Origin: an uncultured Acidobacterium sp.
GTDB taxonomy: Bacteria; Acidobacteriota; Vicinamibacteria; Vicinamibacterales; UBA2999
DNA length: 57,406 nucleotides
Reading direction: 5' to 3'
Assembly (NCBI GenBank): GCA_964355095.1
Contig: CAYHCX010000009.1
Span: forward strand, 1-57,406
This document shows, in pieces, positions 38,295 to 46,328 of this stretch; within the stretch, counting starts at the first letter, position 1; each line of letters starts with the position of its first letter. The position numbers were made by a program, and so were the translations under genes. The notes beneath the pieces are model-generated. The model did not search any database and was not told the origin of the DNA. It worked only from the letters and a program-made list of their open reading frames with translations.

Positions 38295-39467
38295 ATGACG
38301 CGCATCGCCATACTCGGCTCAACGGGATCGATCGGTACCAGCGCGCTCGAAGTGGCGCGTACGCACGCCGACCGGCTCGAAGTGGTGGCCATCGCCGCGG
38401 CGACCAACGTCGCCGCCATGGCGAAGCAGATCCTCGAGTTCCGCCCGCGCGCGGTGGCCATGGCCAGCGGCGAGGCCATGGACAGGCTGCGCGCCGCGCT
38501 CGGCGGATCGCCCGCTGAAATTTGCGGCGTCGGCAACGACGGCCTGATCGAAATCGCCACGCACCCGGACGTCGACATCGTGCTGTGCGCCTCGTCCGGC
38601 ACCGCCGCGCTCGACGCCGTGCTCGCCGCCATCGAGGCCGGGAAGACCATCGCCCTCGCCAACAAGGAAGTGCTGGTGATGGCCGGCGGCATCGTCATGG
38701 ACGCGGCCCGGCGCAAGGGCGTGGCGGTGCTGCCGGTCGACAGCGAGCACAACGCCATCCACCAGTGCCTGCACGGCCGCCGCCACGGCGAGTGGCGGCG
38801 CTTGATCCTCACCGCCTCGGGCGGGCCGTTCCGCGGCCGCTCGCGGGCGGCGCTCGCCACGGTCACCGCCGCGGATGCGCTGAAGCACCCGACCTGGCGG
38901 ATGGGCCCGAAGATCACCATCGATTCCGCCACGCTGATGAACAAGGGCCTCGAGGTGATCGAGGCGCACTGGCTGTTCGGCGCGGCGGCGTCGCAGATTG
39001 CGGTGGTCGTGCACCCGCAGTCGGTCGTCCACTCGATGGTGGAGTTCAAAGACAGCTCGATCATCGCGCAGTTGGGCATCACCGACATGCGGCTGCCCAT
39101 CCAGTACGCCTTCGCCTATCCGGAGCGCTGGGACGCGCCGGTGCCGTTCCTCGACCTGACCCGCGTCGGCGCGCTCGAGTTCCACGCGCCGGCCTGGGAT
39201 GACTTCCCCTGCCTCCGCCTCGCCTACCGCGCCCTGGAAGCGGAACGCAGCCTGCCGATCGTGTTGAACGCGGCCAACGAGGTCGCCGTGTCGTCCTTCC
39301 TGGAGGGGCGTTTGGCCTTTACCAGCATTCCCCAGGTGATCGAACAGGCCATGGATGCCCACACCCCGGAGCCCGCGGCGACGCTGGCCGAGGTCCGGCG
39401 CGTTGACGCCTGGGCCCGGCGGCACGCCGCCGAGTCGGCCCGGGAACTAGAATCGAGTTTGAAATGA
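38295..39467 (+). CDS. dxr: 1-deoxy-D-xylulose 5-phosphate reductoisomerase
   Basis: ILGSTGSIGTS NADPH motif, LANKE and HPTWRMG motifs. Confidence 0.92.
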   Translation: MTRIAILGSTGSIGTSALEVARTHADRLEVVAIAAATNVAAMAKQILEFRPRAVAMASGEAMDRLRAALGGSPAEICGVGNDGLIEIATHPDVDIVLCASSGTAALDAVLAAIEAGKTIALANKEVLVMAGGIVMDAARRKGVAVLPVDSEHNAIHQCLHGRRHGEWRRLILTASGGPFRGRSRAALATVTAADALKHPTWRMGPKITIDSATLMNKGLEVIEAHWLFGAAASQIAVVVHPQSVVHSMVEFKDSSIIAQLGITDMRLPIQYAFAYPERWDAPVPFLDLTRVGALEFHAPAWDDFPCLRLAYRALEAERSLPIVLNAANEVAVSSFLEGRLAFTSIPQVIEQAMDAHTPEPAATLAEVRRVDAWARRHAAESARELESSLK

Positions 39468-40801
39468 CGACGTTGCTTGCTTTCCTGTTCGTGCTCGGTG
39501 TGCTCGTGTTCATCCACGAGCTGGGCCACTTCCTGCTCGCGCGCTGGAACGGCGTGAAGGTGCTGACCTTCTCACTCGGCTTCGGGCCCAAGATCCTCAG
39601 GGTCCAGCGCGGCGACACCGAGTACTGCATCAGCATCATCCCGCTCGGCGGCTACGTGAAGATGGCGGGGGAGAACCCGGACGACCCGCAGACCGGGAGC
39701 GACGACGAGTTCCTGTCGAAGAGCAAGTGGCAGCGCTTCCAGATCCTCATCGCCGGGCCGATGATGAACCTGATCCTGGCGGTGGTCCTGCTGGCGGTCG
39801 TGCTGATGCAAGGCGCCGACGTGCTGGCCTACCTCGATCGCCCGGCCGTCGTCGGCGCGGTGCAGCCGGGCTCGCCCGCGGAGAAGGCGGGCATCCGCCC
39901 CGGCGACGTGATCGTGAAGCTCGGCACCGCCGACATTCGCACCTGGGAACACCTCGACATGGCGGTGGCGGCGCGCCCCGAGCGCGAAGTGGACGCCGTG
40001 GTGATGCGCGATGGCCGCGAGGAACGTTTGAAGATCCGGCCCGACCTCACGGAGCTGCGCACGCGCGGCAACGCCCGATTCGAAGTGGGGACCATCGGCG
40101 TGCTGCCGGACGTGAATCCCAGCGTCCAGTCGCTGCAGGCGGGGTCGCCCTCGGCAGCAGCCGGGTTCAAGGGCGGCGACCTCATTCTCGCCGTCGACGG
40201 CCAGCGCATGGTGTTCAGCTCGATGGTGAGCGAGGCGATCGGCAGCAAGAAGGGGGAACCGGTCGAGTTCCGCATCCGGCGCGACGGCGTCGAGCAGACG
40301 ATCAGCGTGACGCCACGAATGGAGGGCGACACGCCGCGCATCGGCATGTTCATGAGCAATGCAACGCGCCCGTTCACGCCGACACCGATCGAGGCCATTG
40401 GCATGAGCTTTCAGCGCAACTGGGAGATGGCCGGGCAGATCCTGGCGACGCTGCGCGACCTGGTCACCGGCGAAGCCTCACCGAAGCAGTTGATGGGACC
40501 GGTGGGCATTGCGCAGTTGTCGGGCGAGTCGGCGCAGGCGGGCTGGATTGCCCTGCTCGGACTGATGGCCGGCATCAGCCTCAACCTCGGCCTCCTGAAC
40601 CTGCTGCCGATCCCGATCCTGGACGGCGGCCACATCTTCATCATGGGCATCGAGGCCATCTCGCGCCGCGACTTCAGCCTGCAGGTGAAGGAGAAGATGT
40701 TGTTGGTCGGCTTCGTGCTGCTGATGACGCTGATGGCGACGGTGATCTACAACGACCTCACGCGCATTGCGTGGATCGAAGACCTGATGCCCTGGCGCTA
40801 A
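39464..40801 (+). CDS. rseP: RIP metalloprotease RseP (site-2 protease, M50)
   Basis: HELGHF zinc motif, PDZ domains, C-terminal LNLLPIPILDGG. Confidence 0.9.
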   Translation: MTTLLAFLFVLGVLVFIHELGHFLLARWNGVKVLTFSLGFGPKILRVQRGDTEYCISIIPLGGYVKMAGENPDDPQTGSDDEFLSKSKWQRFQILIAGPMMNLILAVVLLAVVLMQGADVLAYLDRPAVVGAVQPGSPAEKAGIRPGDVIVKLGTADIRTWEHLDMAVAARPEREVDAVVMRDGREERLKIRPDLTELRTRGNARFEVGTIGVLPDVNPSVQSLQAGSPSAAAGFKGGDLILAVDGQRMVFSSMVSEAIGSKKGEPVEFRIRRDGVEQTISVTPRMEGDTPRIGMFMSNATRPFTPTPIEAIGMSFQRNWEMAGQILATLRDLVTGEASPKQLMGPVGIAQLSGESAQAGWIALLGLMAGISLNLGLLNLLPIPILDGGHIFIMGIEAISRRDFSLQVKEKMLLVGFVLLMTLMATVIYNDLTRIAWIEDLMPWR

Positions 40802-40853
40802 CGCGCTTCCGCCGTAGCTCGCGGGTTCGTGCGCGAGCGCAGGCGGGTCTACC

Positions 40854-40888
40854 GTGCCTAAGTGTGCCTAAAGTGTGCCTAGGGTGCC
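40854..40888. repeat. GTGCCTA direct repeats at 10-11-nt spacing
   Basis: Reads gtgccta ag tgtgccta aag tgtgccta ggGTGCC. The last units overlap the cobA stop codon. Confidence 0.5.
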
Positions 40889-41979
40889 GGCTTGAAGTGG
40901 GCGGCGATCGCGTCGGCGAATGCCGAGAGGGAACCGGCCGGCAGTTGGATGGCCGGCGAGACATGGGCCCGCGCCAGGGCATCGGCGGCGGCGGGACCGA
41001 GCGTGGCCACCACCGTATGGGCCAGCAGATCGGAGGCCTGGTCGGCGCCCACATTGGCGAGGAAGCCGAGCACCGCGGAGGCGCTGGTGAATGTCACCAC
41101 GTCCACCTTGCGGTCGAGGAGCTGGCGATAGACGTCGAGGCTGGGGTCGGTGTCAACCAGCACCTCGGCGCCGCGGCCCTGCAGGAGGGTGGCCAGGCCG
41201 TCCGGCTGATCATTCGAGTGCATGACGAGCGCGCGTCGGCCAAACAACGGCCGCGAATCGAACCATCGCAAGTGCGCGCGGAAGTTGACGACCCGGCCGA
41301 CGATCAGGAGCGCGGCGCCGATGGGTTGCTCGTTCACCCGTTGGGCCAGTTCCGCCAGGGTGCCGGTGATGGTGCGCTGTGACGAGAGCGTGCCGTTGAC
41401 GACGATCGCCGCGGATTCGTCCGCCGGCCGCCCGTGCGCCATCAGCGCCTCGATCAGCTTCGGCAGCTGCGTCGGGCCGGCGTTGCAGACGATGGTGCCG
41501 CCGAGGCCGGCGAGGTGGTCCCATCTGACGCGGGTTCGCTCGCGCGTTTCGTCGTCATGCCCGCGCACGAACGTCACGGTGTCGCCGGCGCCCGAATACG
41601 TGATGGGGATGCCCGCGTAGGCCGCGGCGCCGATCGGTGTTGGCACGCCCGGCACCACCTCGAACGCGATGCCCTGCTCGTGCAGGAACAGCGCCTCTTC
41701 GCCGCCGTGATCGAACAGGAAAGAATCGCCGCGCTTGAGCCGCGCCACGACCTTGCCTTCGCGCGCCTTCTCCGCAATCAGGAAGCAGATGGCGTCTTGC
41801 CCGCTGGCGTCGGCCGCCGCGCCCACGTCAATCCGCTCCGCCTGCGCGGGCGCGTACTGCAGCACCCCGGCGTGAACCCGGTGGTCGTAGATCACGACGT
41901 CGGCCTGCTGCAGGCAGCGGTGGCCGCGCAAGGTGATGAGGTCCGGGGCGCCGGGTCCGGCGCCGATCAGGTAAACCAT
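40879..41979 (-). CDS. cobA: uroporphyrinogen-III C-methyltransferase fused to a short HemD-like domain
   Basis: VYLIGAGPGAPDLITLRG SUMT N-terminus. About 110 aa of C-terminal HemD-like sequence (ALVMHS..DVVTFTSASAV). Confidence 0.75.
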   Translation of the reverse strand: MVYLIGAGPGAPDLITLRGHRCLQQADVVIYDHRVHAGVLQYAPAQAERIDVGAAADASGQDAICFLIAEKAREGKVVARLKRGDSFLFDHGGEEALFLHEQGIAFEVVPGVPTPIGAAAYAGIPITYSGAGDTVTFVRGHDDETRERTRVRWDHLAGLGGTIVCNAGPTQLPKLIEALMAHGRPADESAAIVVNGTLSSQRTITGTLAELAQRVNEQPIGAALLIVGRVVNFRAHLRWFDSRPLFGRRALVMHSNDQPDGLATLLQGRGAEVLVDTDPSLDVYRQLLDRKVDVVTFTSASAVLGFLANVGADQASDLLAHTVVATLGPAAADALARAHVSPAIQLPAGSLSAFADAIAAHFKPAP

Positions 41980-42003
41980 GGCACGCACGGGGGAATACTA
42001 ACA

Positions 42004-42059
42004 GGGCTTGGGACTTGGGGCTTGGGGCTTGGGATTTCAAGCCCCAGGCCCCAGGTCTC
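42004..42059. repeat. heptamer array / hairpin (GGGCTTG GGACTTG GGGCTTG x2 .. AAGCCCC AGGCCCC)
   Basis: Eight in-phase heptamers between the VWA stop and the cobA start. Confidence 0.85.
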
Positions 42060-42064
42060 ACGCC

Positions 42065-43045
42065 CTAGTGTGACGTCGGTCCGTAGTAACCGCGTTTGGT
42101 GCGGGCCGTCACGTTGGGACGGGCGACTTGCACGACCAATCGGCGAAAGGCGCCGTCGCGCCGCGGGTTCTTCGACGAATAGCCCATCGAATACTGGCTC
42201 GACAGCTCGTCGGCAATCTGGCCGTAGACGTCCTTCAGATCCTCGACCTTCTGCGCGAAGAACGCGCGCCCGCCGGTTTCCTGCGCCAGCTGCCGCAGCA
42301 CGAACTCCGCTTCGCGGAACCCGCGCAGCGCGCTTGTCTCGCGCGGCTGCAGGCCGATGGTGTAGATGGCGGTTTCAGAACGCTTGGCCAGTTCGAGCAC
42401 TTCCTCGAAGCTGACGAGGCTCGAGGTGTCTTCGCCGTCCGACAACACCACGATGGCCTGCCGGCGGACCTCCTCCGGGTTCTTCGCCCTGACCTTGGCG
42501 AGTTCCTTCAGCGAGATGTAGACGGCGTTGTGCAATGCGGTGGATCCGCCAGACGAGGTGCTGCGGATCGCCTTCTCGAGTTCGTCGAGCTTGTTGGTGA
42601 AGGTCTGCCGAATCTCGACGCGGCTGTCGAAGTCCACCACCTGCGCCAGGTCTTGCGGCCGGATCTTGCGCGCGAAGCCGATGGCGGCCTCCTGGGCGTT
42701 CTCCATCCGCTGCTCCATGCTCGCGCTGGAATCGATCAACAGCGAGAGCGCAATCGGCAGGTTGGTGCGGTTGAAGTAGGTCAGCTCCTGCTTGGCGCCG
42801 TCTTCGAACACCCCGAACTCCTCTTGCGCGAGGTCGGTGACGTAGTGGCCCTGGCTGTCGACTACGGTGACGTTGAGCGACACCATCTCGACGCTGGCGC
42901 GGAACACCTGGTTCTTTTCTTGAGGAGCGGGTGCAACAGGCCCGTCTTCGCGAGCGGAGGCGGATGCCGTCAGGCGCGCGTGTCCGGCAGTGGCGCCCGA
43001 CAGCGCCACCGCCAGCACGAACGCGCTGAATGCTGACGACCGCAT
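42065..43045 (-). CDS. VWA-domain protein (TIGR03436-like)
   Basis: Signal peptide, N-terminal beta domain FRASVEMVSLNVTVVD, and MIDAS motif LLIDSSASM. Confidence 0.8.
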   Translation of the reverse strand: MRSSAFSAFVLAVALSGATAGHARLTASASAREDGPVAPAPQEKNQVFRASVEMVSLNVTVVDSQGHYVTDLAQEEFGVFEDGAKQELTYFNRTNLPIALSLLIDSSASMEQRMENAQEAAIGFARKIRPQDLAQVVDFDSRVEIRQTFTNKLDELEKAIRSTSSGGSTALHNAVYISLKELAKVRAKNPEEVRRQAIVVLSDGEDTSSLVSFEEVLELAKRSETAIYTIGLQPRETSALRGFREAEFVLRQLAQETGGRAFFAQKVEDLKDVYGQIADELSSQYSMGYSSKNPRRDGAFRRLVVQVARPNVTARTKRGYYGPTSH

Positions 43046-43047
43046 GA

Positions 43048-43938
43048 CTACCTTACGGCCTGGCCTCTCGCCGGAGCGCCGCTGGCCGCCATGCCCGGCT
43101 TGGCCGCCGTCACTTCGATCTTCCCGGGCGGGATCAGCGTTTGCGGGCGCGAGTAGACCACGCGGTGCTGGCTCTTCAGGATCGCGGCCAGTTCCCGCAG
43201 CTTCACCTCGAAGGCCTGGCTGGTGAGCACGTCCGCGCGCGTGCCGCCGCTGGCCGCCGGGCCGAGGTCGAGCACCGAGGCGCGATTGCGCGCCTCGTCG
43301 TTCAGCGCCGCGCCGCCGGGCCCGGTCAGCACGAGCGCGTGCATCATCGCGCCGCCTTTGCCGAGCGCCTCGAGCACGTCCCGATAGTGGCGCGTGCTGT
43401 ACTCGCGGTTTTCGGTCGTGACAATCACCATCGCGACGCGGTCGGTGTCGCGCTTCGCCAGGCCCTGGCTCACCTCGACGATGGCGTCGAGAAGGGTGGC
43501 GCCGGAGCCGGGCATCGCGAACACGCGCCGGACGCCGTCCTGCAGTTGCTTCTGGTCCGTGGTGTAGTCGCGGAGGATGGTGGGCCGGTCGGCCACGCCG
43601 ATGATGGCGACCGGGCCAATGCCGTCGAGCGAACGCACGAAGGCCGACAGCGCCTTGCGCAGATCCGCGATGGTGGGCGTGGCGGCCTGCGAGTTGTCGA
43701 CGAGAATCGCCACCGACATCGGCGAGGTGGCGGGCGTGACACGCAGCACCTCGCGCCGCGCCCCGTCTTCCCGCACCGCGAAGGCGTCGGTCCCGAGGCC
43801 CGTGATCGGCGCGCGGGTGTGCTCGTCCCACACGCTCACGTAGAGCACGCGCTCAGCGGACTGGGCGACGACGACGACGGAAATGAACAGGGCAGTTGCT
43901 GCCCCGGCCACGAGACGAACGATCGGGTGTCGGCTCAT
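43048..43938 (-). CDS. VWA-domain protein (TIGR03436-like), degenerate MIDAS
   Basis: Same architecture as its neighbour. ILVDNSQA replaces DxSxS. Confidence 0.75.
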   Translation of the reverse strand: MSRHPIVRLVAGAATALFISVVVVAQSAERVLYVSVWDEHTRAPITGLGTDAFAVREDGARREVLRVTPATSPMSVAILVDNSQAATPTIADLRKALSAFVRSLDGIGPVAIIGVADRPTILRDYTTDQKQLQDGVRRVFAMPGSGATLLDAIVEVSQGLAKRDTDRVAMVIVTTENREYSTRHYRDVLEALGKGGAMMHALVLTGPGGAALNDEARNRASVLDLGPAASGGTRADVLTSQAFEVKLRELAAILKSQHRVVYSRPQTLIPPGKIEVTAAKPGMAASGAPARGQAVR

Positions 43939-44063
43939 ACTCCCTCACGGTGCTGCGGCCGAGGCGCATCGGACAGCATTATCTGCAGTATACCCGCCTT
44001 CGCACACGTGCTTCGGCGCGGCAGGCCCCTGTGTATCAGCGTGTTTCGCAGCGCAAGTCGCCC

Positions 44064-44069
44064 TACACT
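44064..44069 (+). promoter_or_regulatory. TACACT box 6 nt upstream of the atpZ ATG (candidate leaderless promoter)
   Basis: Read directly. No SD is present. Confidence 0.3.
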
Positions 44070-44075
44070 AGACGC

Positions 44076-44312
44076 ATGCCGCCCACCTCTCCGACCACGT
44101 GGCAGCTCATCGGTCAGCTCAGCACAATCGGGATGTCGTTTGTCTTCGCCCTGGTGCTGGGTTTTGGCGGCGGCTACTGGCTCGACGTTCAGCTCGGGAC
44201 CAAGCCCTGGCTGTCGTTTCTCGGTTTCTTCGTCGGGCTGGCCGCTGGCATCTTGAACGTGTATCGAGTGATGCAGATCGCCTCACGGCCGCTCGATCCG
44301 AAGAAACCGTGA
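44076..44312 (+). CDS. atpZ: AtpZ/AtpI-family small membrane protein
   Basis: 78 aa, two TM helices (IGMSFVFALVLGFGGGYWLD.. and WLSFLGFFVGLAAGILNVY). Upstream of the atp genes. Confidence 0.6.
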   Translation: MPPTSPTTWQLIGQLSTIGMSFVFALVLGFGGGYWLDVQLGTKPWLSFLGFFVGLAAGILNVYRVMQIASRPLDPKKP

Positions 44313-44352
44313 CGGGCCGACACGTCTTGACGGGGCGGCACTTCCTGACGGG
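44310..44352. repeat. three TGACGGG motifs at exact 18-nt spacing
   Basis: Motifs at 44310, 44328 and 44346. They lie in the atpZ-atpI spacer. Confidence 0.6.
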
Positions 44353-44385
44353 AAGAGTCCGAAGAAGCAGCGGCACCCTCCCGGC

Positions 44386-44763
44386 ATGATCGAGCGCATT
44401 GCGCGCGGTACGGTCGTGACCTGCGCGCTATTCGCGTTACTGGCGGCCCTATGGTTCCGCAACCTGGCGGCGCCGCTGGGCGTGGTGGGCGGCGGCCTGC
44501 TGATCGGGCTGTCGTTCTGGGCGATTCAAGGCAGCGTCGACGGCTTTGTGGGTCTTGGGTCCGGCGGCGCCCCCCCCCGGAAACCCGCCCGTTTCCACTT
44601 AGTGAAGTTTTTCACAAGGCATGGTATGCTGGCACTCGCAGCCTACGGTATGATGGTGCGTTTGCAGCTCGATCCGGTGGCCATGCTGGTGGGTGTGACG
44701 TCGCTTGGCGTCGCCGTCGCGGTGGAAGCGGTGAGAAGTCTGAGATGGAGGCGTTTTCCGTGA
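44386..44763 (+). CDS. atpI: ATP synthase protein I-like membrane protein
   Basis: 125 aa with about 4 hydrophobic segments. Positioned directly before atpE. Confidence 0.5.
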   Translation: MIERIARGTVVTCALFALLAALWFRNLAAPLGVVGGGLLIGLSFWAIQGSVDGFVGLGSGGAPPRKPARFHLVKFFTRHGMLALAAYGMMVRLQLDPVAMLVGVTSLGVAVAVEAVRSLRWRRFP

Positions 44764-45104
44764 GAACAAGTCGGTTTCTGCTGTCGTTGATGTTCGGGTT
44801 CGTGGTCCTCGGTCTGGCCTCACCGGTCTATGCCCAGGAAGCCGCCGCAGGCGCGGCCAATTCGGGGTTGGTCCAGTGGTCGATCATCACCGCCGGTTTC
44901 GCGCTGGCCATCGCCGCGTTCGGCGCTGCGCTCGCCCAGGGCAAGGCTGTGGCCTCGGCCGCTGAAGCCATTGCGCGCAACCCCGGCGCCGCCGGCGATA
45001 TCCGCGGCTCGCTGATTCTCGGTCTCGTGCTGATCGAGTCACTCGTCATTTACGTGCTGCTGATCTCGCTGATCCTGTTCTTCCTCAAGCCCTTCGGCGG
45101 CTAA
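44745..45104 (+). CDS. atpE: F-type ATP synthase subunit c with an N-terminal signal-like extension
   Basis: Hairpin loop ARNPGAAGDIRG and carboxylate helix LILGLVLIESLVIY. An alternative start is ATG 44790. Confidence 0.85.
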   Translation: MEAFSVRTSRFLLSLMFGFVVLGLASPVYAQEAAAGAANSGLVQWSIITAGFALAIAAFGAALAQGKAVASAAEAIARNPGAAGDIRGSLILGLVLIESLVIYVLLISLILFFLKPFGG

Positions 45105-45136
45105 GAATTAGGACGCAGCCAGCACTTCGCAATCAC

Positions 45137-45177
45137 GGGGGCGCGCCACAATGGCGCCGCCCCCGTTTTCTTTTTTC
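45137..45177 (+). terminator. intrinsic terminator after atpE
   Basis: GGGGGCGCGCCA-CAA-TGGCGCCGCCCCC followed by GTTTTCTTTTTT. Confidence 0.7.
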
Positions 45178-45184
45178 GATCAAC

Positions 45185-45233
45185 AACTTCCAACTTCTAA
45201 CTTCCAACTTCTAACTTCTAACTTCTAACTTCT
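45185..45233. repeat. heptamer array, one-armed (7 units AACTTCC/AACTTCT)
   Basis: Seven exact-phase units end at the nt before GTG 45234. Confidence 0.85.
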
Positions 45234-46118
45234 GTGGCCCTGACCCTCCTCGACGGCGCGTTGCTCCTCATGGTCCTCATCTGGGGCAGCAATTTTTCGG
45301 TCGTCAAGGTCGCGCTCCGCGACTTTCCCGAGGTTCCCTTTAACGCCATGCGGCTGCTGGTCGGCACCGCGGTGTTCCTGGCCGCGATGCGATGGAACCG
45401 CGACGACGAGCGCGAGCGCGGCAACCCGCTGACGCGGACCGACTGGGTGCAGCTGGTCTTCCTCGGCGTGGTTGGGACGTTCCTGTACCAGCTGTGCTTC
45501 GTCGGGGGCGTGCGGCGCACCAGCGTCGCCAACAGCTCGCTGATTGTCGGTACCTCACCGATCGTCATCGCCGTGCTGTCGGCGCTGGCCGGCCACGAGC
45601 GCATCAAGCCGGTGCGCTGGGTCGGCGTCTTCATGGCGCTGGCCGGGCTCTACCTGGTGGTCGGCCGCGGCGTGGAACTGTCGGGGGAGACGCTGGCCGG
45701 TGACGCGCTGATGATTGCCGGCGTGTTGTGCTGGGCGGTGTACTCGGTGGCCTCGCAGCCGATCCTCCGCCGCCACTCGGCGCTCACGGTGATTGGGCTT
45801 ACCTTTTCAATTGGCGCGGCGTTCTACGTCGTGGCGATGATCCCGATTCTTCTCGACGTCAACTGGCGGTCGATCTCCGCTCAGAGCTGGGCCCTGATGC
45901 TCGGCTCGGCGCTGCTCTCCCTCAACCTGTCGTATTTCATCTGGTACACCGGCCTCAAGAAGCTTGGCGGATCGCGAACGTCGGTCTACAGCTACCTGAC
46001 GCCGGTCGTCGCGATGATCGTCGCGGCGGTGTGGCTCGCCGAACCGATCTCGGCGAACCAGATCGCGGGTGCCGGGGCCATTTTCACCGGACTGCTCATC
46101 ACGCGGTTTGTCGCTTGA
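45234..46118 (+). CDS. EamA/DMT-family transporter
   Basis: About 10 TM helices and two EamA-like halves (WGSNFSVVKVAL.. / ..NLSYFIWYTGLKKLGGSRTSVY). Confidence 0.85.
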   Translation: MALTLLDGALLLMVLIWGSNFSVVKVALRDFPEVPFNAMRLLVGTAVFLAAMRWNRDDERERGNPLTRTDWVQLVFLGVVGTFLYQLCFVGGVRRTSVANSSLIVGTSPIVIAVLSALAGHERIKPVRWVGVFMALAGLYLVVGRGVELSGETLAGDALMIAGVLCWAVYSVASQPILRRHSALTVIGLTFSIGAAFYVVAMIPILLDVNWRSISAQSWALMLGSALLSLNLSYFIWYTGLKKLGGSRTSVYSYLTPVVAMIVAAVWLAEPISANQIAGAGAIFTGLLITRFVA

Positions 46119-46328
46119 TTCACGTGGTCAGGCTTTTTTGGAACGATCGTTCAATTCGTGCAAATTGCCCTTCGCATGGCTTTACTGTATGTTCATGGAT
46201 TCAAAAGGCGGCCTGACCACCGGCGCGCCTTTGGCTCGTTTGACTTCTCACCCGGCGTTTTGGGCATTCGTTCCGGTCATCGCGTTGACCGGATTCGGTG
46301 GTTGTACCCCACAGGAGGATCGACACTC

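Noticed and set aside
41980-42064. Possible cobalamin riboswitch upstream of cobA.
   Set aside because: The short leader is occupied by the heptamer array. I could not see the conserved B12-box or the multi-stem architecture.
44099-44389. Track ORF translating ..VTGRHVLTGRHFLTGRVRRSS.. across the atpZ-atpI spacer.
   Set aside because: It is out of frame with atpZ, Arg-rich, and merely the translation of the 18-nt TGACGGG repeats.
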